Part shown: positions 18,416 to 27,345 of the stretch, piece after piece
Layout of the letters: each line of letters begins with the position of its first letter
How positions within the stretch are numbered: the stretch's first letter is position 1
Assembly: GCA_021107945.1 (NCBI GenBank)
Contig: JAIORV010000160.1
Coordinates: forward strand, 31,996-95,995
Origin: Vulcanimicrobiota bacterium
GTDB taxonomy: Bacteria > Vulcanimicrobiota > JAJTBE01
Direction of reading: 5' to 3'
DNA length: 64,000 nucleotides
Notes under the pieces: generated by a model
Database searches by the model: none
Told to the model about the DNA's origin: nothing
What the model saw: only the letters and a program-made list of their open reading frames with translations
Position numbers and translations under genes: made by a program

Positions 18416-19357
18416 ATGAAAAAAATTCTACTCTGGGTAATGGTAATAGCTTTCGTTTTTTCCGTTGCCACCGCAATATATGCGGGAACAGCCGATCCTA
18501 ATGCAAAGACAGGCGTAACACCAACTCGTACTCTCGATTACATACATCTGGGAGCACAGGCGATTAGACAGGAATTCGTCTGGGACGAAGCCTCTGGAAC
18601 TTTTCAAACAGTAAATCTCTATTCCATAGGAGAGGTTGACGACTTTATAGCGGAAAGAGAACAGGTTCTCCAATATGGAGCGGAGGGAGACGGAGAAATA
18701 ATTGGAGACGCGGCCGATTATACATATTGGGATGGAACCCAGTGGGTAACTCTCGACAATATCACCCGTTATGAAGGGTATGACGAAAGAGCCGAGGCCA
18801 TTGTTACACGCTATGACCTGACATACTGGACACAATCAACATCCTATTATCAGTCTATTACAGGCTATCAGACCCTTTATAGTACATCTTATTATTATAG
18901 AGTGGTAAGACACGACCCCTACTATTATACTTATACATATTCCAATCTGATTGCAACCGGAAGCATTGCCCAGACAGGGACCTTCTCGGTTGTTACCAAC
19001 GTTCCAGATGCCTTTGACCCCGTTTTGGAAGTGGACCTTGCAAATGGCTGGAATGTAACCGTTAATTCACATTACACCGTATGGGGACATGAAGTACAAA
19101 TTACTTCACCCAACGGAGAGACCTCATATGTCTATGGCGATCCCCACCTCTTGCAGGCAGGCGGAACTCAACAGCAGGAATTAGCTGCAATCGGTAATTA
19201 TGTCTTCGATCTCGGCGGATATACGCTGGATCTGTCCTGTATGGAATCAAACGCCGGATTCTCACTGGTCACCGACTTCACGATTACCGGACCCAACGAT
19301 TATTCAATGTCATACGGTCGTAACGGAGAGGTTAAAATAGAAGGTGGAACCAACTAA
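18416..19357 (+). CDS. Secreted Tyr/Thr-rich protein with a GDPH motif
   Basis: GAGGAGG RBS; Sec signal peptide; YVYGDPHL. Confidence 0.8.
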   Translation: MKKILLWVMVIAFVFSVATAIYAGTADPNAKTGVTPTRTLDYIHLGAQAIRQEFVWDEASGTFQTVNLYSIGEVDDFIAEREQVLQYGAEGDGEIIGDAADYTYWDGTQWVTLDNITRYEGYDERAEAIVTRYDLTYWTQSTSYYQSITGYQTLYSTSYYYRVVRHDPYYYTYTYSNLIATGSIAQTGTFSVVTNVPDAFDPVLEVDLANGWNVTVNSHYTVWGHEVQITSPNGETSYVYGDPHLLQAGGTQQQELAAIGNYVFDLGGYTLDLSCMESNAGFSLVTDFTITGPNDYSMSYGRNGEVKIEGGTN

Positions 19358-19385
19358 AAGATAATTTATACATAAATATACACAT

Positions 19386-19420
19386 AAATAGAGGTGGACT
19401 TTCCGCCTCTATTTTATTTT
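19386..19420 (+). terminator. Rho-independent terminator
   Basis: aaatagaggtgga-ctt-tccgcctctattt followed by Ts. Confidence 0.75.
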
Positions 19421-19654
19421 GACTTTTCTTTGGTGATATATTTTATGAAGAGTTCTTTTATTGATATATGTTTCAGAGGTTGCAAGTCAAGCACTCATCT
19501 AAAATAAATTAAACCTACAACTGTCGAGTAAAATAAATGTTTATAGATAAATGAAAAAAAGGATATTCCATTTTAAATCCAGAAAGAAACTCATTCGGTA
19601 AAAAGAATTTATTAAACTGGATACCGATATTAGAAAATTAAAGAAGGTAAATCT

Positions 19655-19939
19655 ATGACCAAGTCTCAGTTAATCGATGCCGTTGCAAGACGATTAAAAA
19701 CTACAAAGAAGTTCGCCGGACAGGCAGTTGACGAAGTTTTCAAGATAATAACGGAAACTATAGCTAAAGGAAATGAAAAAGAAAAGGTTCAAATCATTCC
19801 TTTTGGCAGTTTTTCCAAACGTTACAGAAAAGCCAGGGAAGGCAGGGATCCAAGGACGGGTGATAAAATTCAAATACGTGCCAGGACCGTTCCTGTGTTC
19901 ACTCCCGGCAAAGCCCTCAAGGAAGCGGTTGATAAATAA
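19655..19939 (+). CDS. hup: HU family DNA-binding protein
   Basis: MTKSQLID...FGSF...RKAREGRDPRTG...PVFTPGKALKEAV. Confidence 0.95.
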   Translation: MTKSQLIDAVARRLKTTKKFAGQAVDEVFKIITETIAKGNEKEKVQIIPFGSFSKRYRKAREGRDPRTGDKIQIRARTVPVFTPGKALKEAVDK

Positions 19940-20151
19940 TTATCATATTTCGAGGGACACTACCCTGATTTTATAGAGTTGACGATCCTTACCTATAAAT
20001 AACATGAGCAAGTATATTCATGTATAAAAGGGATATCTTGGAATTGATTCTGACGAAACAATTTGGATAGCAGAAAACAAATTCACCTACCTATAGTAAA
20101 GCTTGTTTTCAAGTGAATTTGTTTATTATTAAATTTGAATATGAAGACAGA

Positions 20152-20850
20152 ATGATTAAAACAAAGAATAACAACATGATAACTGACAAGAAAAAGGTTT
20201 TTCTGACAGGCCCCCTGGGCTCCGGAAAAACCGAGATTGCAATCAACCTTGCTCTCTATTTGAATTCGGAGGACCCGGGAAAGATTACATTAATTGATCT
20301 TGATATGGTAAAGCCATATTTCAGACTACGATCCGTAAAAGAACCGATTAAAAAAAGCGGAATCGAAGTATTGACTCCCGAGGGACCGTATCAATACACT
20401 GATTTCCCCATCATTACAGCCCGGATGGAAAGTTACATCATAAGTCCCGAGAAAAGGGTCATTATAGATGTGGGAGGAGAGACAGTGGGCGCACGTATTG
20501 TGGGGAGGTATCGAGGTAATATTGACCCCGGGGAAGTTGAAGTGTTTTACGTTTTTAATGGAAGACGGAGTGTTGATAACAATCTGTCGGAAATGTGTGA
20601 AGATCTTGAACAAATCCGCAGAGTTCTTCCTTTCCCGTTGACAGGGATAATTCATAATTCTCACCTGATGAATGAATCAACCGTTGATATCCTCGAGTCA
20701 CATATTGATCAGGCGAAAGAAATTTCAAATTATTCAGGAATTCCACTTCGTTTTCATTGTATCCGGGAGGATCTATACAAGGAAGCTTCGAAAACAATAG
20801 AAGGGCATTTGTTGCCCTTAAAACTTTTATTAATACCCGAATGGTTATAG
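20152..20850 (+). CDS. P-loop ATP-binding protein preceding the vor operon
   Basis: GPLGSGKTE, DLDMVKPYFR, IIDVGG; start uncertain (20152 or 20176). Confidence 0.8.
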   Translation: MIKTKNNNMITDKKKVFLTGPLGSGKTEIAINLALYLNSEDPGKITLIDLDMVKPYFRLRSVKEPIKKSGIEVLTPEGPYQYTDFPIITARMESYIISPEKRVIIDVGGETVGARIVGRYRGNIDPGEVEVFYVFNGRRSVDNNLSEMCEDLEQIRRVLPFPLTGIIHNSHLMNESTVDILESHIDQAKEISNYSGIPLRFHCIREDLYKEASKTIEGHLLPLKLLLIPEWL

Positions 20851-20940
20851 ATTTTGCAAACAAGGTAATTACAGGATTATGTAAAACTAATAACCTATAT
20901 TTCAAGACTTTAAATTTTTTTCTGTAAGGAGGCCTGATTA

Positions 20941-21168
20941 ATGCCATTTATTAAAGTCAGGGATGACCTGTGCAAGGGATGTAAGTTATGCATAACTTTC
21001 TGCCCCAAACAGGTTATAAGAATGTCAGATCGGCTAAACCCGAAGGGCTACTATGTGGCGGAACTTTTTGATAAGGAAGGATGTACCGGATGCGGCATTT
21101 GCGCCAGAATGTGCCCTGATGTAGCTATATCCGTATATCGGGAAGATAAAAAGGAAGTTCCCGCTTAA
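20941..21168 (+). CDS. 2x[4Fe-4S] ferredoxin, oxidoreductase delta subunit
   Basis: CKGCKLCITFCP and CTGCGICARMCP. Confidence 0.93.
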   Translation: MPFIKVRDDLCKGCKLCITFCPKQVIRMSDRLNPKGYYVAELFDKEGCTGCGICARMCPDVAISVYREDKKEVPA

Positions 21169-21213
21169 ATATGAATGAGGTAAAATATCACACTTCAAGA
21201 AGGAAGGGATAGA

Positions 21214-22284
21214 ATGTCAAATAAAGTGCTGATGAAAGGAAATGAAGCTATCGGCGAAGCGGCAATAACCGCCGGTTGCCGACATTTCTTCGGTTATCCT
21301 ATTACACCACAATCAGAATTACCCGCGTACCTCTCAAAGCACATGCCAAAGGTGGGTGGCGTATTCTTGCAGGCCGAGAGTGAAGTAGCGGCGATCAACA
21401 TGGTTTATGGAGCTGCAGCCGCCGGAGCAAGAGTCCTGACTTCCTCGTCAAGTCCGGGAATCAGTCTCAAGCAAGAGGGAATATCATACCTTGCGTCATC
21501 CGAGTTACCCGCAGTGATATGTAATGTCATGCGCGCAGGTCCCGGGCTTGGTACAATTCAACCCGCACAGGCAGATTATTTCCAGGCGGTAAAAGGTGGC
21601 GGACACGGAGATTATCACAATATAGTTCTTGCACCTGAATCGGTACAGGAAATAATTGACCATGTGAGACTGGGTTTCGATTTGTCAGACAAATACCTGA
21701 ACCCGGCAATGATTCTCCTGGACGGTGCACTGGGACAGATGATGGAGCCTGTCGATTTTGGAGACTACAAACCTGAGCTGCAGGAGAAACCCTGGGCTGC
21801 AACAGGTTGCAAGGGAAGAAAGATGAATGCCATCACATCGATTCACATCGATCCCCGTGATATGGAAGCACACAACATAAAGCTTCAGGAAAAATACAGC
21901 AAGATAAGGGAATCGGAGCAAAAATGTGAAGAATGGATGCTCGAGGATGCTGAAATCATGGTTGTTGCATATGGTTTATGTGCAAGAATATGCAAATCGG
22001 CAATCAGGGTATGCCGTGAAAAAGGCATAAAAGTGGGATTATTCCGTCTTATTTCATTATGGCCATTCCCGGAGAAAAAGCTCGATAAAGCTATCGACAA
22101 GGTAAAAGAGGTCTTTGTTGTGGAGCTATCAGCCGGGCAGATGATCGAGGATGTCAAGTTGGTAGATAATGGAAGAAAGCCTATTACTTTCCATGGAAGA
22201 ATGGGTGGAATGACCCCGTCCGTGGAAGATATTTCCGATAGGATCGAGTTGATCCATGATCGCATTACCCAAAAGGTTGGATAG
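21214..22284 (+). CDS. vorB: 2-oxoacid:ferredoxin oxidoreductase alpha subunit (3-methyl-2-oxobutanoate dehydrogenase VorB-like)
   Basis: MKGNEAIGEAA, GYPITPQSE, QAESEVAAINMVYGA, TSSSSPGISLKQE. Confidence 0.9.
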   Translation: MSNKVLMKGNEAIGEAAITAGCRHFFGYPITPQSELPAYLSKHMPKVGGVFLQAESEVAAINMVYGAAAAGARVLTSSSSPGISLKQEGISYLASSELPAVICNVMRAGPGLGTIQPAQADYFQAVKGGGHGDYHNIVLAPESVQEIIDHVRLGFDLSDKYLNPAMILLDGALGQMMEPVDFGDYKPELQEKPWAATGCKGRKMNAITSIHIDPRDMEAHNIKLQEKYSKIRESEQKCEEWMLEDAEIMVVAYGLCARICKSAIRVCREKGIKVGLFRLISLWPFPEKKLDKAIDKVKEVFVVELSAGQMIEDVKLVDNGRKPITFHGRMGGMTPSVEDISDRIELIHDRITQKVG

Positions 22285-22378
22285 ATTATTGGAATATTCC
22301 CGGTTATTAAATCCGGGTATTTTCCATCTTCCAACTTCAAATATCTAACTTCTAACTTCTTTAATGGGAGGAATTTGA

Positions 22379-23116
22379 ATGAAAGTTGTATATGAGAGGC
22401 CGGAGTCGCTTCTTGATGTTCCCTTTACATATTGCCCCGGATGTACTCATGGTATTATCCACAGGATGGTTGCCGACACTCTTGATGACCTGGGAATTCG
22501 TGAGCGAACAATCGGTGTGTCCCCCGTTGGATGTTCCGTATTTGCATATGAATTTTTCAATTGCGACATGGTGGCGGCGGCGCATGGACGTGCCCCCGCG
22601 GTTGCTACAGGAATCAAGAGAGTACACCCGGATAAAATCGTATTTACATACCAGGGAGACGGTGATCTGGCCGCAATTGGAACGGCTGAAATCATTCATG
22701 CCGCCGCCCGCGGTGAAAATATCACCGTTATATTTGCCAATAATGTCATTTACGGAATGACAGGCGGCCAGATGGCTCCGACCACATTAATCGGACAGAA
22801 AACCGACACGACCCCTTATGGCAGGAGCGTCGAGGCAAACGGTCATCCGATAAGAGTGTGTGAGCTTCTATCCAGTCTTGACGGTGTCGCCTACCTTGAA
22901 AGGGTATCAACTCACGACCCCAAACATGTTTTGAAAGCGCAAAAGGCGATTAAAAAAGCTTTCCAATATCAGGTGGATGGTAAGGGATTTACTCTGATTG
23001 AGCTATTATCAACCTGCCCGTCCAATTGGGGTATGAACCCGCTTGATTCCCTGAAATGGCTGGAAGAAAGTATGCTGCCATATTATAAACCCGGAGTATA
23101 TAAAGATATAGGATAG
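22379..23116 (+). CDS. 2-oxoacid:ferredoxin oxidoreductase beta (TPP-binding) subunit
   Basis: YCPGCTHG, HGRAPAVATG, YQGDGDLAAIG, NNVIYGMTGGQMAPTT. Confidence 0.93.
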   Translation: MKVVYERPESLLDVPFTYCPGCTHGIIHRMVADTLDDLGIRERTIGVSPVGCSVFAYEFFNCDMVAAAHGRAPAVATGIKRVHPDKIVFTYQGDGDLAAIGTAEIIHAAARGENITVIFANNVIYGMTGGQMAPTTLIGQKTDTTPYGRSVEANGHPIRVCELLSSLDGVAYLERVSTHDPKHVLKAQKAIKKAFQYQVDGKGFTLIELLSTCPSNWGMNPLDSLKWLEESMLPYYKPGVYKDIG

Positions 23117-23235
23117 CGGGGAGAATTCCAAGCTACCTGAATTTTATATGCCCATAATAATTATTAAAGTAATAATTATGAAAGAAAATCTGTTTTATTT
23201 TGATAATAAAAAATGAGAACAATGGAGGAATCCGG

Positions 23236-23796
23236 ATGCATGAAGATTTAATTATTGCAGGATTCGGCGGACAGGGCGTAATGAGTATGGGGCAGATGCT
23301 TGCATATGCCGGACTCACGGAAGGAAAAAACGTACTCTGGATGCCGGCTTATGGACCTGAGACAAGGGGAGGATTTGCCAATTGTACGGTTATCGTATCC
23401 GACATGGAAATCGGCTCACCCATTGTCTCCCATCCCCGTTCAATTATCGTAATGAATCTTCCTTCCCTTGACAGGTTTGAAGATTCGGTAAAACCCGGAG
23501 GAACACTGGTCGTAAACACTACCCTGGCCAGCAGGAAAGTCCGCAGGAAGGATATTGACGTAATACTCGTGCCTGCAACCGAAGTAGCGACAGAGCTGGG
23601 AGATTTGAGAGCGGCCAATATGGTGGCACTTGGAGCCTTCCTGGAGTGCAAGCCGATGATATCATTTAAAGCCGTCAAGAAGACTCTCCAGAAAGTCTTT
23701 GCGAATAAGAAAAGTGTTATACCCCTGAATGAAAAGGCCCTTGAAAGAGGAGCGGAAATCGCCCGAGAGCAGAGAAAAGCCAGATCGGCAGTTTGA
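23236..23796 (+). CDS. 2-oxoacid:ferredoxin oxidoreductase gamma subunit
   Basis: IAGFGGQGV, PAYGPETRGG, ANMVALGA; GGAGG before ATG 23236. Confidence 0.93.
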   Translation: MHEDLIIAGFGGQGVMSMGQMLAYAGLTEGKNVLWMPAYGPETRGGFANCTVIVSDMEIGSPIVSHPRSIIVMNLPSLDRFEDSVKPGGTLVVNTTLASRKVRRKDIDVILVPATEVATELGDLRAANMVALGAFLECKPMISFKAVKKTLQKVFANKKSVIPLNEKALERGAEIAREQRKARSAV

Positions 23797-23879
23797 AACA
23801 GGAGTTGAGATATTTAATCTTTTATCATCACTCCCGTCTGTTTTAGGATTAGACCTGATAATAACTTCCCTGAAAAGGA

Positions 23880-24884
23880 GTGCACCTGATGGCGGAAACC
23901 ACTGAAAAGATAGCAGATAATGGAAAAATGAAGAGAAAAGTTGTGGCGGTCGGCGATCTTCACGGAGATTACGAACGCTTGATTCGCGTTTTAGACGAAC
24001 ACAACTTGCTTATCGAGGGAACCTGGATGTGGAACCCCGGAGCCAACAATATCGATCTTGTTCTGATCGGTGATTATGTTGACTGGAGAGGGGAACCCCT
24101 TGAAGGAGACCCCACAAGGTGGGAAGAGGGACCCAAGAAAATACTTCATCTTCTTTTCTACCTGCGTCACAAGCTGAAAGAATACAGGGATAAAGATCCG
24201 GACTTCCGGTCATACATTCATCCGATACTGGGGAATCATGACCAGATGATGCTCGATGCAACATCAATATTCGAGTTTATGGATTTCGAGCAGCTAAAAC
24301 AGGTCATCCGCTTCAAACAAAATTACTCTCCCCTGAAGAAATACCTCAACGACATAAGACTCAACTATGAGCAGGTCGAGAAGGTTATGAAATATCTCAA
24401 CTGGTATTACCAGGGCGGCGAAGCTACAATCAAAGGATTTGGGGGTCTGGAAGTATGGAAATCCGAGATGGAAGGCGAGCTCGGCGATTTCCTCAGGAAT
24501 AACCTCGTTCTGGGAGTGCGAGTCAATGACAGGTTATATGCCCATTCACTCCCGGATCGCAGGGAATTCTGGAAGTCAATCGATGATATCAGTAAACTTC
24601 CCGAGAAGGAAAGGATCAAGGCAAGGGAGGCCTTTATATGGGGCCGCAGGATCTGGGGAATCGATGCATATACTAATATGAAAACACCACAACCCGAAAT
24701 AAAAGAAATTGATGATATGCTTTCAAGAATGGGCGTGAATGGCGCGGTTGTCGGGCATACACCGATGCTTCGCAGAGAGCCTGTGATTGCATTTGAAGGA
24801 AGAATCATCAATATTGATCTCCATGGCATTCCGGGAAGCGGCGTATTTTCAGAGGAGTATGAAGCCCCCAAAAAAAATAAGTAA
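23880..24884 (+). CDS. Calcineurin-like metallophosphoesterase
   Basis: GDLHG, GDYVDWRG, LGNHD, VGHT. Confidence 0.9.
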   Translation: MHLMAETTEKIADNGKMKRKVVAVGDLHGDYERLIRVLDEHNLLIEGTWMWNPGANNIDLVLIGDYVDWRGEPLEGDPTRWEEGPKKILHLLFYLRHKLKEYRDKDPDFRSYIHPILGNHDQMMLDATSIFEFMDFEQLKQVIRFKQNYSPLKKYLNDIRLNYEQVEKVMKYLNWYYQGGEATIKGFGGLEVWKSEMEGELGDFLRNNLVLGVRVNDRLYAHSLPDRREFWKSIDDISKLPEKERIKAREAFIWGRRIWGIDAYTNMKTPQPEIKEIDDMLSRMGVNGAVVGHTPMLRREPVIAFEGRIINIDLHGIPGSGVFSEEYEAPKKNK

Positions 24885-24901
24885 CGAGGCAGGGATCTTA
24901 A

Positions 24902-25825
24902 ATAAACAAGTTCGTAAAAAAAATCGTCGATAATATCGAGAAGGTAATTGTCGGTAAAACCGATGAAGTCCTCCTTGTCATGGTCGCACTTCTATGCGAG
25001 GGGCATATGATGGTGGAGGATGTTCCCGGCGTCGGCAAAACCATGCTTGCCAGGGCAATTGCGAAATCCCTTGGATGTGAATTTTCGAGAATCCAGTTTA
25101 CTCCCGATCTACTACCCTCGGACATTATCGGGGTGAATATATTCAACCAGAAAACCAGGGACTTCGAATTCAAACCCGGTCCCATACATAGCCAGATTAT
25201 TCTCGCCGATGAGATTAACAGGGCGACACCCAAAACCCAGTCGGCTCTTCTGGAGTGCATGGAGGAAAGACAGGTTACCGTCGATGGCGTTACATACAAG
25301 ATGTTACGGCCGTTCCTGGTGATTGCCACACAGAATCCCATTGAATATGAGGGGACTTTCCCACTACCCGAGTCACAGCTTGATCGCTTTTTTATCAGAG
25401 TAAACCTGGGCTACCCTGATGAGGAAGCCGAGGGAGAAATCCTTATTCGACAACAGCTAAGACATCCCATAGATGATCTAAAACAGGTTGTAACTGTTGA
25501 GGAGATCCTGGAAATGCAGAAAAAAACACGAGGAATTTTCATGGAGGATAGTCTCAGGGAGTATGTTGTTAAAATCGTTCAACAGACACGTAAAAATGAG
25601 AACCTTTTTCTGGGAGCAAGTCCCAGAGGGTCCCTGGCACTTTTCAGGGCGGCGCAGGCAAGGGCGGTTGTGGAAGACCGCGATTTTGTCATACCGGACG
25701 ATATTAAATCGATGGCTCCATATACTCTTGCTCACAGGATGATCAGCAAGACCGACGGATTATTTTCCCCGGGACTGGAAAAACTTGTCGAAAAAATCCT
25801 TGATGATATTCCGGTTCCCGCTTGA
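24902..25825 (+). CDS. MoxR family AAA+ ATPase (start anomalous)
   Basis: EDVPGVGKT, RIQFTPDLLPSD, LADEINRATPKTQSALLE, GASPRGS. The conserved N-terminus extends to 24902 (ATA); the first ATG is at 24980. Confidence 0.9.
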   Translation: MNKFVKKIVDNIEKVIVGKTDEVLLVMVALLCEGHMMVEDVPGVGKTMLARAIAKSLGCEFSRIQFTPDLLPSDIIGVNIFNQKTRDFEFKPGPIHSQIILADEINRATPKTQSALLECMEERQVTVDGVTYKMLRPFLVIATQNPIEYEGTFPLPESQLDRFFIRVNLGYPDEEAEGEILIRQQLRHPIDDLKQVVTVEEILEMQKKTRGIFMEDSLREYVVKIVQQTRKNENLFLGASPRGSLALFRAAQARAVVEDRDFVIPDDIKSMAPYTLAHRMISKTDGLFSPGLEKLVEKILDDIPVPA

Positions 25826-25871
25826 TATAACATGGTTAATTAAATTACGGTTAAGGAAGGAGAATGCAAGG

Positions 25872-26306
25872 ATGCTAGGAGAAAACCTGGAGGATTTCCT
25901 GGAAGCTACATTGAGTTCTTCAGAAGGAGAATGGGCTTCAACGGATACAGTCGCTAAATACCTAGGAATAAAACTTCATAGCGCTTATGTATCTGTCAGA
26001 AAGTTGTCGGAAATGGGATTTATTAAGACAAAAGATAAAGCGGCAAAAATCGCCCTTACAGAAATAGGCTTGAAACTTGCAAATGCCGTAACCGGTAAAC
26101 ATGACCTCATAAAACGTTTCCTTACAAATTTCCTATGCGTACCGGAAGGTGTCGCCGACGAGGATGCACATCACATGGAGCACATTATAAGTGATGAGTC
26201 ACTTGAAAAGATATTACAGTTCTTCGAATTCGTTGAAAAAGATCCTGATGATTTCATGAAATGGTTCTCAAAATACAAAACATTTGTTTGCAAAGTAAAA
26301 GTTTGA
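25872..26306 (+). CDS. DtxR/MntR family metal-dependent transcriptional regulator
   Basis: ENLEDFLEA...HTH...LTEIG...KHDLIKRFL...DAHHMEHIIS. Confidence 0.88.
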   Translation: MLGENLEDFLEATLSSSEGEWASTDTVAKYLGIKLHSAYVSVRKLSEMGFIKTKDKAAKIALTEIGLKLANAVTGKHDLIKRFLTNFLCVPEGVADEDAHHMEHIISDESLEKILQFFEFVEKDPDDFMKWFSKYKTFVCKVKV

Positions 26307-26330
26307 GATTAAAAGTTGGAAGATAGAAAT

Positions 26331-26485
26331 GTAGGAGGGACGTCCCCGTCCCGATAAAAGGATGACAATCATCGGTTGTCAGTTGTATTGGTTTTTTGTT
26401 TTCACCACAAAAACCACTTGAAAATGCGAAACTCATGACCTTAATTCAGTGACATTATTTGTAGGAGGGACGTCCTCGTCCCGAT
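26331..26485 (+). repeat. Two REP copies (26331-26355; 26461-26485 loop variant)
   Basis: The 25-mer; the second copy has loop tcct instead of tccc. Confidence 0.95.
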
Positions 26486-26561
26486 ATTATCCCCGTCCAA
26501 TTATCCATTATGCCTTTATATTCTCATTCAGATAATAAAATACAATGAATAAGGTAATAAT

Positions 26562-27065
26562 ATGAAAGATGGACAAATAAAAAACCGGGGGAAATACACA
26601 TTTCCGAAACGGGGAAAATTTAACCTTCGAAAAGGAAGATATTCGTTACCGTACACATGCTATCATATAACCACTACAACATATAACCGACAAAAAATAT
26701 TGGCAAATTAAGAGATATGCAAAATTCTCTTCGATTCCCTTTCTTTTCTTGAGGAGAAGGACAGGATAAAGGCGATTTGCGGTATTGTCATGCCTGACCA
26801 TATTCACATGGTTTTACAGTTGATGGAGGGGGGGAATCTTTCGAAGGTTGTGAAGGATTTTAAGAGCTTCACATCTCATAAGATCAATAGACTACTGAAC
26901 CGTAAGGGTTCCATCTGGCAGGAACAATATTACGATCACAATATAAGAAGTTATGAAAACCTGGAAAAAATCGCACAATATTGCCACGAGAACCCAGTGA
27001 GAAAAGGATTGGTAGAAAAACCCGAAGATTGGGAATTCTGGTTTTTTAAGGAAGAGAATTTGTGA
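26562..27065 (+). pseudogene. RAYT copy 2 with a premature stop
   Basis: 504 bp, collinear with copy 1; codon 50 is TAA (26709-26711) where copy 1 has GAA (E50). Confidence 0.9.
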
Positions 27066-27090
27066 TTGTTGATTCAGAATTATCCGTTTT

Positions 27091-27115
27091 ATCGGGACGG
27101 GGACGTCCCTCCTAC
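27091..27115 (-). repeat. REP copy
   Basis: Exact reverse complement of the 25-mer. Confidence 0.95.
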
Positions 27116-27191
27116 AAAATTGGAGGTGAGAAACTGGAGGTGGGAAATGAGATCCGTCATTCGCAATCTATCCTCAGTCATCTATAATCCA

Positions 27192-27332
27192 TCATCTATC
27201 ATCAGGATTTCCCCATATTTTTATTGTGTCATCAGCACTTCTTGACGCAATATATTTACCGTCGGGTGAAAATACTACGGATGGAACAGAAGAAGAATGC
27301 CCTTTCATTGTCCTTAAACATTTTCTTGTAGC
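27192..27332 (-). pseudogene. Orphan 3'-terminal WD40 repeat fragment
   Basis: Manual translation ATRKCLRTMKGHSSSVPSVVFSPDGKYIASRSADDTIKIWGNPDDR*; no upstream parent gene. Confidence 0.85.
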
Positions 27333-27345
27333 GTAAACCTTTTTT

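Noticed and set aside
27192-27332. WD40 fragment as a DGR template repeat for the kinase
   Set aside because: There is no reverse transcriptase in the window, and the differences from the kinase repeats do not appear confined to adenines by eye.
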